A DNA stretch of 64,000 nt from an uncultured Ruminococcus sp. Lineage in GTDB: Bacteria; Bacillota; Clostridia; Oscillospirales; Ruminococcaceae. Location of the stretch: assembly GCA_910576995.1 (NCBI GenBank), contig CAJTLC010000009.1:33712-97711 (forward strand), read 5' to 3'. Below are positions 28,193 to 38,327 of the stretch, piece after piece; the first letter of the stretch is position 1, and each line of letters opens with the position of its first letter. A program made the translations under genes and the position numbers. The notes under the pieces are model-generated. The model searched no databases and was not told the DNA's origin. It saw nothing but the letters and a program-made list of their open reading frames with translations.

Positions 28193-30157
28193 ATGAAACA
28201 GTTTTTTTCAAAATATGCGGCAAAGTTTCTGATCAGAAAAATAACGCTGATCTTAGCCGACGCCTTTATTGTCATCAGCGCCGCGCTTATAACGGATTTC
28301 ATTCTGTCATTTTCGGATAATTCAATTTCAAATTCCGAAATGATCATTCCCATAGTGATCAGCACTGTATGCTGCTTCGCGTTTTTGTTTATTTTCGGCG
28401 CATACAGCAAAATGTGGAGATATTCCAAACCAAAAGATTACTGTTCATGTATAGCAGGTTCGATAATGGGTATATCTTCAACATGGCTTTTTAATATGAT
28501 CTGTACCGGAGATTCGGTAAAGCTTCCCTATTTTGTGTTACATATGCTGCTTACTACCGTGGGCGTATCGATGTTTCGTTTGCTGTTTCGCTCGGCATTT
28601 ATCGATATTTCCGATAAAAAGAAAAATTCTGAAAACAATATGCGGACAATGATCATAGGCGGAGGTCAGGCTTGTAAAATGCTTCTTAAAGAGATACGCA
28701 ATTCTCAGAATTCCGCCTGCTGCGACGGAAAAACTACTTCATGCTATGACCCTGTATGTATAATTGACGACGACAGAAATAAAATCGGCAGTTCGATCGA
28801 AGACGTTGAAATAGTCGGTTCTACTTATGATATACCGAAATTTATTAATGAAAAGGATATCGAACTTATCATTTTTGCAATTCCATCATGCCTTGAAGAC
28901 GAGCGAAAGCGGATTCTGAACATCTGCTCGGAAACAGGCAAACCGGTTAAAAAACTTCCGTTTATCGGAAATCTCATCTTCGACGAAAATAAGCCAACGC
29001 TGCTTAATCAAGTACATGACATCAATGTCGAAGATCTTTTAGGTCGCGATCCCATAAAATTTGACAGCCGCGAGATCAGCAATTTTATCGGAGGAAAAGT
29101 TTGTATGGTCACGGGAGGAGGCGGTTCGATAGGTTCGGAACTGGTTCGTCAGATCGCCAAATACTCACCAAAGAAAATTATTATCGTCGATATTTATGAA
29201 AACAATGCTTACGATATCCAACAGGAATTGACTATGGAATACGGCGATAGTCTCGATCTTGTGACGCTTATTGCATCCGTTCGCGATTATTACAGAATGA
29301 ACCAGATTTTCGCCAAGCATAAGCCGCAGGTCGTGTTTCACGCCGCTGCTCACAAACACGTTCCGCTTATGGAAGCTTCTCCCATGGAAGCGATAAAGAA
29401 CAACATCATTGGCACTTTTAATACCGCAACTCTTGCTCAGTTTCATAAAATCGAAAAATTTGTCATGATATCTACTGATAAAGCGGTAAATCCCACTAAT
29501 GTAATGGGCGCGTCCAAACGCTGCTGTGAAATGATCGTTCAGTATCTTGCACAGCAAAATGAAGGCTGCACTGAATTTGTCACTACAAGATTCGGAAATG
29601 TTCTCGGCTCAAACGGCTCGGTTATACCGCTTTTCAAGCGTCAGATAGAGCAGGGCAAGCCAGTTACGGTCACGCACCGTGATATTATCCGCTATTTTAT
29701 GACTATTCCAGAAGCGGTAAGTCTTGTTATGGAAGCGGCTGCCATTGCTGAAGGCGGCGAAATTTTTGTGCTTGATATGGGCAAGCCCGTGCGCATAATC
29801 ACTCTCGCCGAAAATCTTATTCGTATGTACGGAAAAGTTCCCTATGTTGATGTACCTATCGAATTTACAGGGCTTCGTCCGGGCGAAAAGATTAAGGAAG
29901 AACTGCTTATGGATGAAGAGGGACTGCAAAAGACGTCGAACAAGCTTATTTTCATAGGAAAGCAGATTGAGATCGACGAATCGACATTTGCACAAAGACT
30001 GCGCGAACTTCGCGACGCTGCCGAAAAAAATGACGAGCGTCTTGCAATAAACGCTCTCCATAAAATGGTTCCGACGTTCATTACTCCCGAAGAATTTAAC
30101 AATAAGCTGATAAATAATAAAAGTCATCAGAAGGATGCTTCCGAGATTTCCGCATAA
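28193..30157 (+). CDS. Nucleoside-diphosphate sugar 4,6-dehydratase (CapD/PglF family)
   Basis: 4 TM helices, TGGGGSIGSE, HAAAHKHVP, STDKAVNP, RFGNVLGSNGS, GLRPGEK. Confidence 0.92.
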   Translation: MKQFFSKYAAKFLIRKITLILADAFIVISAALITDFILSFSDNSISNSEMIIPIVISTVCCFAFLFIFGAYSKMWRYSKPKDYCSCIAGSIMGISSTWLFNMICTGDSVKLPYFVLHMLLTTVGVSMFRLLFRSAFIDISDKKKNSENNMRTMIIGGGQACKMLLKEIRNSQNSACCDGKTTSCYDPVCIIDDDRNKIGSSIEDVEIVGSTYDIPKFINEKDIELIIFAIPSCLEDERKRILNICSETGKPVKKLPFIGNLIFDENKPTLLNQVHDINVEDLLGRDPIKFDSREISNFIGGKVCMVTGGGGSIGSELVRQIAKYSPKKIIIVDIYENNAYDIQQELTMEYGDSLDLVTLIASVRDYYRMNQIFAKHKPQVVFHAAAHKHVPLMEASPMEAIKNNIIGTFNTATLAQFHKIEKFVMISTDKAVNPTNVMGASKRCCEMIVQYLAQQNEGCTEFVTTRFGNVLGSNGSVIPLFKRQIEQGKPVTVTHRDIIRYFMTIPEAVSLVMEAAAIAEGGEIFVLDMGKPVRIITLAENLIRMYGKVPYVDVPIEFTGLRPGEKIKEELLMDEEGLQKTSNKLIFIGKQIEIDESTFAQRLRELRDAAEKNDERLAINALHKMVPTFITPEEFNNKLINNKSHQKDASEISA

Positions 30158-30160
30158 ACA

Positions 30161-30192
30161 AAAAGCTGTCTCCTATACGAGACAGCTTTTTT
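30161..30192. terminator. Bidirectional intrinsic terminator
   Basis: AAAAGCTGTCTC-CTATAC-GAGACAGCTTTTTT. Confidence 0.8.
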
Positions 30193-30193
30193 A

Positions 30194-31306
30194 TTAACGC
30201 AAATTTTTATTATAAAATCTTCCAACGGATTCTATGGCGGAAAGTCCGACAAATACAGATATCGTGCATATAATGGATACGGCGTACAGCGCGATAGCCA
30301 AACCCGTGCTTCCGTTGTGCTGGGAGATCATTACAAATCCGGGGAATACCTGTATTATTGCTGAAAGCAAATGTATAAGCGTTGCCAAAGATTTAAAAAA
30401 TCCTACGCCCGTAACGAGCGTAAGAGAACTTACTCCCATAGCGATAGCGATGTACATGGACGAATTTTTTATAATTCCTGCAAACTTGCTCAATCCGCTT
30501 TCATCATACGTCAGACCAAGCGACCCGCTGTAAAGCAGATAGAATACCACGGCGGCGGCTATTCCAAGAACAGCAAGAACAATTACCACCTTGAATCCCT
30601 TTTTCGCGTCCTCGCGGCGGCGTTCTTCTTTCAGTTCAAGCATCATGCGCAGGCTTTCTTTCGAATCTTTCTGCTCCGATACAAGCTGCGACGACACAGC
30701 TTTTTTGGCAGCTTCTTTTTTAGCGCGTTCAAGATCCTCATCAACAAATTTAGGCTTGTACGACGGAGTTTCGGGAGCGTCGTCAAGAATCGGCGCAGTT
30801 ACGGGCTGCGGCGGCTCGGGTTCCGCTTTTTTTTCGGGTTCTGGAGGAGTATAATTATCATCGTCCAGAACCGGCGCTTTGACTTCTTCCTTCGGGGCTT
30901 CAGCGCCAAGCTGTTTACGCATAAGTTCCAGAACTTTCTGCTTATTCGCATCGGGAAGCTTATTGTAAGTTTCAAGCTGATCCGCGGAAAATCGCTGAAT
31001 GATCTCCTCGTCCGTCATTATAAGCTTTTCTTCCTTTTCAGCTTCATAAACTGCCGATTCATCGTCAAGTACCGGCGCGGAAACTCCAGTTGGCGCACCT
31101 TTTTTTTCCTTGACGGGAGGAACGTAAGCGTCCATATCGTCAAGTACGGGTGCGGAAATTCCCGTAGGACCTCCCTTTTTAGCACTCGGCGGCACATAAT
31201 CTATATCGTCGAGAACAGGCGCGGAAACTCCTACAGGGCCGTTATTTTTAGAAGGCTGCGCGGAGTAATCTATATCGTCCAATCCTCCAAAATTATTTTC
31301 ATTCAT
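30194..31306 (-). CDS. Hypothetical membrane protein with AP(V/I)LDD repeats
   Basis: Acidic Pro-rich N-terminus with five AP(V/I)LDD motifs, a coiled coil and 4 C-terminal TM helices. Confidence 0.75.
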   Translation of the reverse strand: MNENNFGGLDDIDYSAQPSKNNGPVGVSAPVLDDIDYVPPSAKKGGPTGISAPVLDDMDAYVPPVKEKKGAPTGVSAPVLDDESAVYEAEKEEKLIMTDEEIIQRFSADQLETYNKLPDANKQKVLELMRKQLGAEAPKEEVKAPVLDDDNYTPPEPEKKAEPEPPQPVTAPILDDAPETPSYKPKFVDEDLERAKKEAAKKAVSSQLVSEQKDSKESLRMMLELKEERRREDAKKGFKVVIVLAVLGIAAAVVFYLLYSGSLGLTYDESGLSKFAGIIKNSSMYIAIAMGVSSLTLVTGVGFFKSLATLIHLLSAIIQVFPGFVMISQHNGSTGLAIALYAVSIICTISVFVGLSAIESVGRFYNKNLR

Positions 31307-31347
31307 ATTTTCACCTCTTATTCTTGAAACGTAATTTTTAACAATTT

Positions 31348-32493
31348 TTATTCGTTTAAAGGCAGATCGTCAACAGTGTAAATACCAGCGTCTACCTGCT
31401 GTATCACCAGCGCGTCGTTTGCGGTAACTCCGTCGTTTCCGATAACGTCCGCATTCAGCCGTCCGCGCGCCGAAAGCGAATACTCGTCTTTATTGGTGAG
31501 ATATTGAAGTATCAGCGTAGCGTCGGCAATTTCAACAACCCCATCGCAGTTGGCGTCGCCATACATATTCGCTTTTAAAACGGGCGGCGAATCGGGATCA
31601 TAGGCTGTCGGAGAAATATCGAATCGCGACAGAAAATCGCTGCCGCGCGTATACTCGTAATACAGCGGAATATCTTCATAAGAACTTACGTCAAATTCAT
31701 GAGCGGCGTCAGGACGGAACTCGTCAAAATCCTCCGTTCCGCGCAGGAAAAACAGATTCTCTTTCGCTCCGACAGTTGAATCAAACGTAACGTCCATGAG
31801 ATAATATATACCGTCTATCTCCGCCATATTCCACAAATGCGAACCACCGGCGGCAGTTCCCGGCAGAATTCTGCAATTAATGCCGGCTTCCATAAGCATA
31901 CGATACAGCAGCAGGCTGTAGCCCTGACATACGGCAAAACCGTTCACTCCTGCGCCGTAAGCCGTAAAAATAAGCTCATCGTCAAAAGAATCAGCATATG
32001 CGACGTTATTTTTGATATAGTCGTATATCGCTTTCGTCTTTTCGTAATCAGAACCGCCGCCGAAGTCGAGAGAAGTCGTTATATCGCCTATCTTTTCGGA
32101 TAATTCGGATTCCTGTTCCGCCGTAGTGTAATAATTCACGCTCATTTTCACAACAGTGGAATCTATGCCGGTATAGGACGTATATTTCATACTTCCGCAA
32201 TTTTTCTTGAGATAATCGCCGCCGACGGGATTTCCGTTTTCTGTAACGGCATCGGAAATTACAAGACGCAGATCGTCAAATCCGCTGTAAATTTCCGATG
32301 GAAATTCAATAGAGAATTCCTTGTCGCGGTTCAGAAAATGTTTGCGCATTTCCAGAACCTTTTCATTATAAACGCTGCTGTTCGAATAGGAAACCACATC
32401 CGCCGCAATTGCCGTATCGCAGCGCATAACAGACATGGCTGCGCCTGTTATCAGCGAAAGCGACAATGCCGCTGTAATAATTCTGCGAATCAT
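31348..32493 (-). CDS. Secreted transglutaminase-like protein with C-terminal dockerin
   Basis: Signal peptide; triad AVCQGY / HLWN / MDVT; GDANCDG...NADV duplicated Ca-binding loops. Confidence 0.85.
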   Translation of the reverse strand: MIRRIITAALSLSLITGAAMSVMRCDTAIAADVVSYSNSSVYNEKVLEMRKHFLNRDKEFSIEFPSEIYSGFDDLRLVISDAVTENGNPVGGDYLKKNCGSMKYTSYTGIDSTVVKMSVNYYTTAEQESELSEKIGDITTSLDFGGGSDYEKTKAIYDYIKNNVAYADSFDDELIFTAYGAGVNGFAVCQGYSLLLYRMLMEAGINCRILPGTAAGGSHLWNMAEIDGIYYLMDVTFDSTVGAKENLFFLRGTEDFDEFRPDAAHEFDVSSYEDIPLYYEYTRGSDFLSRFDISPTAYDPDSPPVLKANMYGDANCDGVVEIADATLILQYLTNKDEYSLSARGRLNADVIGNDGVTANDALVIQQVDAGIYTVDDLPLNE

Positions 32494-32545
32494 ATACAAA
32501 TCCCTCCCTGTCGGCATGACGTTTTCGGAGACTTTTGAAAACGCC

Positions 32546-33820
32546 TTATCTTTCGAGTATCTGAGATCTGTCCGGACCGATTCCGACCATGCCTACTTTG
32601 CAGCCTACCAGTTCTTCAAGGCGCTGAATATACTTACGGCAGTTTTCGGGAAGCTCGTCAAAGCTTGCGCATTTGGAGATATCCTCCGTAAATCCGGGGA
32701 ATTCCTCATATACAGGCTCGCAGCCATCAAGTTCTTCAAGCGTAGGCGGAAAGTGTTCTGTCACTGTTCCGTCAGGCTTTTTATATGCAACGCATATCTT
32801 TAATGTATCTATATTTGCAAGCGTATCAAGCTTGTTTATAGCAAGGCTGTCAAGTCCGTTTACACGAACTGAATGGCGCACGATAACCGCATCGAACCAA
32901 CCCGTACGACGTGGTCTGCCTGTAGTTGTGCCGAATTCACCGCCGACATTTCTGATCTTATCGCCGACCTCGTCGTCAAGTTCCGTAGGGAAAGGTCCTT
33001 TACCTACTCTTGTGGTATAAGCTTTGGCAACGCCGATGATATTTGTGATCATTTTCGGTCCAACGCCTGTTCCCACGCAAACTCCTGCCGAAAGCGGATG
33101 CGACGATGTAACATAAGGATATGTACCGAAATCGATATCGAGAAGCGTCGCCTGCGCACCTTCGAACATAATCGTCTTACCAGCCTTGTCGGCTTCAAAC
33201 GTAAGCACAGAAACATCGTCGATATAAGGAGCAAGACGCTTGCCGTATTCCGTATATTCTGCGATTACCGCTTCGAGATCGAAAGCTTCGCCGCCGTAAA
33301 CCTCGGTAATTATCTTGTTTTTAAGTTTACCCGTAGTACGAATCTTTTCAGCAAGAACTTCCGGATGAACAAGATCATACATCCTGATTCCGCAGCGCTC
33401 GTACTTATCCATGTAAGTAGGACCTATTCCGCGTTTTGTAGTGCCGATATCCTTGCCGCCGCGGAAAGCTTCGGAAAGTCCGTCGAGAGTGATGTGCCAC
33501 GGCATTACGACATGAGCGCGCGGATCTATTTTCAGATTTGCCGTCGATATACCTCTTGCCTCAAGACCGTCAAGTTCACCGATGAAATCCTTTGGATCAA
33601 GAACGATTCCTGCACCGATAAGGCAGAGAGTATCTTTGTATAAAATACCCGATGGGATAAGATGAAGCTTATAGATCTCACCGTTATTTACGACCGTATG
33701 ACCGGCATTATTACCGCCTTGCGAGCGTACAACAACATCTGCGCGGGAAGATATGATGTCTATGATCTTACCCTTTCCCTCGTCTCCCCATTGAGTTCCG
33801 ACAACAATATTAGCAGGCAT
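32546..33820 (-). CDS. purA: Adenylosuccinate synthase
   Basis: QWGDEGKGK, GGNNAGHT, GTTTGRPRR. Confidence 0.98.
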   Translation of the reverse strand: MPANIVVGTQWGDEGKGKIIDIISSRADVVVRSQGGNNAGHTVVNNGEIYKLHLIPSGILYKDTLCLIGAGIVLDPKDFIGELDGLEARGISTANLKIDPRAHVVMPWHITLDGLSEAFRGGKDIGTTKRGIGPTYMDKYERCGIRMYDLVHPEVLAEKIRTTGKLKNKIITEVYGGEAFDLEAVIAEYTEYGKRLAPYIDDVSVLTFEADKAGKTIMFEGAQATLLDIDFGTYPYVTSSHPLSAGVCVGTGVGPKMITNIIGVAKAYTTRVGKGPFPTELDDEVGDKIRNVGGEFGTTTGRPRRTGWFDAVIVRHSVRVNGLDSLAINKLDTLANIDTLKICVAYKKPDGTVTEHFPPTLEELDGCEPVYEEFPGFTEDISKCASFDELPENCRKYIQRLEELVGCKVGMVGIGPDRSQILER

Positions 33821-33947
33821 TATAATTCCTCTTTTCATAGATTTAATAGTGCAAAAGCACGGTTACAATTTATTATAACACATTGCCTTATTTTTTTCAA
33901 GTGCTTTGCAGTATTTTTTTAAAAAAGAAAAATCAGAACCTGTATTA

Positions 33948-34131
33948 GAGCCCGCTCAGTATCTTTTTCCGCACGTCTTTTCAGCAAATTTCGCCGCTTA
34001 CTGCGTCAAAAATTCTTGCTATATGACCGAAGAAAACGCCCATGGCGCGTCAGTATTCCTGCGTGTTTTTTCCTTGTCAGCATACAAATTATGCTCGAAA
34101 ATACGCATACTTCACCTATGAACACAAGCTC
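33948..34131. mobile_element. Family A element A4 (chimeric ends)
   Basis: Left end GAGCCCGCTCAGTATC is A2-like; right end CCTATGAACACAAGCTC is A5-like; TTA on both flanks. Confidence 0.85.
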
Positions 34132-34152
34132 TTAGTTTCCGAGGATGTCTAT

Positions 34153-34887
34153 TCATTTTCCGCTCACAAAATTATTTAAGCCGTAAAAAATGGTCATAGC
34201 AACTTTCTGCTGATACTCCTCCGTATTAAGCATAGCAGCTTCTTCTGGATTCGATAAAAATCCGCATTCCACCATTACAGTCGGATTATCGCTGTAATAG
34301 CACAAAAAAAGCTCCTTTCCGCACAATTTTATCTCACGCTTATTGTCGGGCTGTAAATATTCTGAAAAGCTGCTCTGCAACGACTTTGCAAGCATTTCAC
34401 TATCGGAATTCGTTCCCGAATAAAACATCTGCGCGCCGCTGTATACGGGATCGGTAAATTGATTCTGATGTATGGAAATGCACACTGCATTGTCATATTT
34501 ATTAAAAATCTCCAGCCGATTATCCATATCAGAACTCTTCTGATTGGCTATCCCCTCGATACCCGCATCATGTATGGACATATCGCTGTCGCGCGTAACC
34601 TCTACCGTATATCCCGAAATCTCAAGCATATCCCTCAATCTAAGCAGTATATTCAGATTTATCCCCTTTTCCGGAACTCCTTCCGCCGATACGCAGCCGC
34701 CGTCTATTCCGCCATGCCCTGCATCCAAAATAATAACAGGCAGTTCCTCATTGAAATCCGTGAGGGAAGATGGAACGGCGGTATCGGTCATTTTATCGCT
34801 CAGAACGGCAGCTCCGCCGATCGCGGCGATTGAGCAGCCAAAAAAAAGTGTACCAAGAAATATTTTTCGTTTAGCGTTATTCATCAC
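34153..34887 (-). CDS. N-acetylmuramoyl-L-alanine amidase (Amidase_3, CwlD-like)
   Basis: LDAGHGG, EKGINL, SIHQN, GAQMFY, VECGFLSN. Confidence 0.88.
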   Translation of the reverse strand: MMNNAKRKIFLGTLFFGCSIAAIGGAAVLSDKMTDTAVPSSLTDFNEELPVIILDAGHGGIDGGCVSAEGVPEKGINLNILLRLRDMLEISGYTVEVTRDSDMSIHDAGIEGIANQKSSDMDNRLEIFNKYDNAVCISIHQNQFTDPVYSGAQMFYSGTNSDSEMLAKSLQSSFSEYLQPDNKREIKLCGKELFLCYYSDNPTVMVECGFLSNPEEAAMLNTEEYQQKVAMTIFYGLNNFVSGK

Positions 34888-35040
34888 AATACTCCTTATA
34901 ACATTTCCGCTGTGTATTTTTGATCCCTATAATTATATTCGCCTTGTCAAGAAAATAGTATTGATCCCAAAATTAAGAAAAACCCTCCCGTTTTTGCAGG
35001 AGGGCAATATATTACAGCCTGTTGCCGTACAATCCACTAG

Positions 35041-35136
35041 GGCTTGTTTGAAAAATCCATGCATTCATCAAAACGCCCATAAATCGCTGTCTGCGTCGTC
35101 AAAAATACGTGCAGAACTCCCAATGCGGACAGGTTC
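35041..35136. repeat. Composite MITE relic
   Basis: GGCTTGTTTGAAAAATCC (also at 4837-4854), core fragment CTGTCTGCGTCGTC, and a family A right end GGACAGGTTC|TTA. Confidence 0.6.
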
Positions 35137-35157
35137 TTATATGAACACGCTCTATTA

Positions 35158-35718
35158 TTATTTCTCTAAAAGCGTTCCCTGATAAGTAACGCCGTCAACA
35201 GTAACTGCAAACTTTTTCGATCTCTTAGAGGAAACAGGATAAACGTCGGATTTCTTCAGCTTGTAATACTCATAAAAATCAGAGCAGACACTATAAGCGG
35301 AAGTAACAGTTTCATCGCCTTTCCAGAAATTTAAGGAACGCACGTCAACATGAGACGCAGTATAAGCAGCGTCAATATTCGCAATACCGCCGAATCCTAT
35401 ATCCTGAGCGGCGCAGCAAACGATTTTTGAGGATATCACGCGCCCATTTGAATCGTAACAAACAATGTCGGCAGCCGTTCCATTAACATGCTGACCGCTT
35501 CCCGAACCCCCGACGTTTTTATCATGCGCGGCGCAGCGATAGCCTGAATTGATAATGATCTTCGAACATTTCAGAGCAGAATGAAGCTTTTCCAGCTTGT
35601 CCGCAAGTTCCGTATCAAGCTTAATATCATGATTTCCACCGCATTTACAGCGAAATTCCCTGACGTTGAAATGTTCCGTAAGCTGTGTATCATACACAAA
35701 TTTATACGTTTTTATCAT
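35158..35718 (-). CDS. Peptidase M15A (endolysin-like Zn peptidase)
   Basis: HFNVREFRCKC, INSGYRC, GQHVNGTAAD, HVDVR. Confidence 0.85.
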   Translation of the reverse strand: MIKTYKFVYDTQLTEHFNVREFRCKCGGNHDIKLDTELADKLEKLHSALKCSKIIINSGYRCAAHDKNVGGSGSGQHVNGTAADIVCYDSNGRVISSKIVCCAAQDIGFGGIANIDAAYTASHVDVRSLNFWKGDETVTSAYSVCSDFYEYYKLKKSDVYPVSSKRSKKFAVTVDGVTYQGTLLEK

Positions 35719-35731
35719 TTGACTTCCTCCA

Positions 35732-36325
35732 TCACTTTGATTCCAGAGCAGCAAGACGTTCTGCTATCGACGGCGCATAAGGCTCAAAATCAGAATTTTT
35801 TATATCGGACGGACGAATCATAGGATAGATATTGATACCGTCAACATTCACGCCCTCATAGATTCTCAAATACGCATACCAATATTTCGCCGCAGGATAA
35901 GCGGAAAGATCGACCAGACGTCCGTCGTCGCCGTCGTAAAATGAAGCGACATATCCGCTGCCTGCGCCCGTCGAAACTTCAACGCCTATACAGCATTCAA
36001 CGCCCAGCATTTGATCGCCGCCGCTCAGAATAAATTTTGTCGGAAGAATGGAAATCGGATTTCGGTTTGTCTTTCTGGTTAGATCGATAACTGTTCTTTC
36101 CGTTGCCGTACCGCTCAGCGTTAAAATTCCGTTGGAATCCACGGTCATCGTCACGCCGTTTACGGTTGTATCCGCAGCTGTGACTTTCAGCGCATTTTTT
36201 CTTGTATAACCCAGAGTGCAGGAATTTACCGCGATATTATCCTGCGCAGTCAGGAGCGAACTTCCGATATGCGCGCCCTTTCCTCCCGCAAGCTGAGCTG
36301 ATAAATAAACATCATGCAGATTCAT
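35732..36325 (-). CDS. Hypothetical protein resembling phage tail/structural proteins
   Basis: AGGAGG RBS; NGVTMTVDSNGILTLSGTAT, YPMIR...FEPY and C-terminal RLAALE features seen in phage tail-associated ORFs. Confidence 0.5.
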   Translation of the reverse strand: MNLHDVYLSAQLAGGKGAHIGSSLLTAQDNIAVNSCTLGYTRKNALKVTAADTTVNGVTMTVDSNGILTLSGTATERTVIDLTRKTNRNPISILPTKFILSGGDQMLGVECCIGVEVSTGAGSGYVASFYDGDDGRLVDLSAYPAAKYWYAYLRIYEGVNVDGINIYPMIRPSDIKNSDFEPYAPSIAERLAALESK

Positions 36326-36563
36326 TTGAAGCCTCCTTAATAACGCTCCCCGACTGATCAGCCCAGCTGCCGTCTCCGGCAAGGACAGCGAGAATTCCCT
36401 CCTTGATGACCAGAGCCGTCGAACCCTGATGCAGGCGTATTCCTGATATGCCGTTGATTCCGGGAAGTTCCGCCCTTGTATCAACGTCTATCTCCGCGCG
36501 CACAAGAGGCGTTGTAAGATCATCCGCAAACTTGACAAAACGTTCGTTTCTTAATTTTATCAT
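36312..36563 (-). CDS. Small hypothetical protein (phage-like)
   Basis: AAGGAG RBS; coupled to the downstream gene. Confidence 0.55.
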   Translation of the reverse strand: MIKLRNERFVKFADDLTTPLVRAEIDVDTRAELPGINGISGIRLHQGSTALVIKEGILAVLAGDGSWADQSGSVIKEASNESA

Positions 36564-36803
36564 AATTTTCTCTCCTTATTTATTTAAATGTGCATGGGTT
36601 AAAGAAACGCCGCTAATCATACCCCGTATGAACGATCAGATATTTCATATTCTTCACCGCCTTTCATAAGGGGTGCAAAAACAGGACTTTTTCAACATGA
36701 AAACGTTGAATAGCGATGAAAGTTTACAGAATATTCATAAAATAATTAAAAAAGCGCGCGTTCATAGTAAGTTCCATGAACACGCGTTTAGTATAATTAT
36801 TGA

Positions 36804-38327
36804 TCAATAAATCACCTGTTTTTCAACAAGCATTTGCCGCATAATAACAAGATCATATACGTCTATCCGATCGTCCTTGTCCAGATCGCCCTTAAAAGGA
36901 TCAACCATATCCCCCGCATTAAGAAGCCATTGATCAAGCATTACCAGATCGCCGATACTTAACATACCGTCGCCGTTAACATCGCCTTCAACGCCTCTCA
37001 CGTTTTCAATAAGAGTAAGACTTTCCACCTTAACAATTTCTTTTCTGTCGTACGCTGCATCCACCATATATTGCATTGATATATCTATTTTATCGCCGAC
37101 CTCGTAATGAGCAAGATTTTTCGACTCATCGTCGCCGTAATGATTTGCACCATAGTAAAAACGTCCATGATCAGCAAATCTGATATATCCTCCATATCCG
37201 TCGACATTTTCAACTATTTCATCGACAAAACTGTCGTTCCTGTAATACACAGGACTGGTTGTCGTCGTCGTTTCGACGGGAGCCGGCGCTGTTGTCGTTG
37301 TGGTTGCAGTCGTAGAAGTTGTTGTCGCAGACGTAGTTACGACAGGCGTTTCAATAACGAAACGTCCGCTTTCATCCTTTATCTTCGACCACATATATCT
37401 GAGCATCCAACCGTCAAAATCAGTTATTTTTGCAGCCGATCCCGCCATCATCAGCGAATTTTCACCGCCTGGGAATCCTCCGGGAGGAAAACCGTCCGAT
37501 TCTCCTTCTCCGCCGTAAAAATCAGTCATGCCGAAACCATGTCCGAGTTCATGCTCAAGAACGTGCAGACCGCTGCCGTCAAGCATATTCAGATATGCGT
37601 CATCTGAAAGACGCTGTCCCCAGTCGCCGCCGCATCCGCCTATCTGCGGAAATCCCTGAGTTGCCCATAAATACATATCAAAACGCTTATCAAGTCCGCC
37701 CGGATACTGATACGAAGCGTCGGCGAAATGATCAAAACGCGAAAGTTCCGAAGGCGCATTGGGCAATTTGTCGGGGATCGTTTCATATCCGTTTGAAGTA
37801 TCGTACTGCGAGTCGTAAAATTCAGTATCAGTATACACTACCTCGTCATCGTGAAGATCGAGCAGACAATTTTTATCAATAACCGCCCAGCCCACGATCT
37901 TTACCTCGATATGATCGTAAGGCCAGTTTTCATATCCCGTCAGCCATTTCGCCCAGCCGTTTATGCTGTCGCTGACAAGCTGCTCAAATTGTTTGCGCTG
38001 CTCATAAGTAACAGTCTTGTAGGACTGCCAGCGAACGACATAATTAAGCGTACCTTTTCCCGCAACGATCTGATCGAAGATCGTATTTCGGCGTTCAGTG
38101 GATTTTTCCTTGGCAATTCGATTATCCCAGATCCAGTCCGCAGCATATTTGTAATCCTGTGGAAAATCCTCGATCGTAAGAAAATCTGCGGCATTAGCTG
38201 AAACGATGTTCCGCTGAATAGAAACTGAATTAGTTCCGCTTCCGTATGCCGCAAAAACCGAACACATCACGGCTGCACCGACTGCCGCCGCACCGATGCT
38301 TTTTAAAAATTTTTTCTTCATGATCAA
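36804..38327 (-). CDS. Secreted neutral zinc metallopeptidase with Thr linker and C-terminal dockerin
   Basis: Signal peptide; GGDWGQR, HELGH zinc motif; GDVNGDG...GDLDKDD dockerin. Confidence 0.8.
   Translation of the reverse strand: MIMKKKFLKSIGAAAVGAAVMCSVFAAYGSGTNSVSIQRNIVSANAADFLTIEDFPQDYKYAADWIWDNRIAKEKSTERRNTIFDQIVAGKGTLNYVVRWQSYKTVTYEQRKQFEQLVSDSINGWAKWLTGYENWPYDHIEVKIVGWAVIDKNCLLDLHDDEVVYTDTEFYDSQYDTSNGYETIPDKLPNAPSELSRFDHFADASYQYPGGLDKRFDMYLWATQGFPQIGGCGGDWGQRLSDDAYLNMLDGSGLHVLEHELGHGFGMTDFYGGEGESDGFPPGGFPGGENSLMMAGSAAKITDFDGWMLRYMWSKIKDESGRFVIETPVVTTSATTTSTTATTTTTAPAPVETTTTTSPVYYRNDSFVDEIVENVDGYGGYIRFADHGRFYYGANHYGDDESKNLAHYEVGDKIDISMQYMVDAAYDRKEIVKVESLTLIENVRGVEGDVNGDGMLSIGDLVMLDQWLLNAGDMVDPFKGDLDKDDRIDVYDLVIMRQMLVEKQVIY

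Noticed and set aside
30371..31327. 318-aa plus-strand ORF
   Set aside because: Antisense to the APVLDD-repeat gene, with Phe/Arg-rich shadow composition.
32873..33643. 256-aa plus-strand ORF
   Set aside because: Antisense shadow of purA.
35158..36563. Intact prophage
   Set aside because: No integrase, terminase, capsid or att-like repeats; only three genes.
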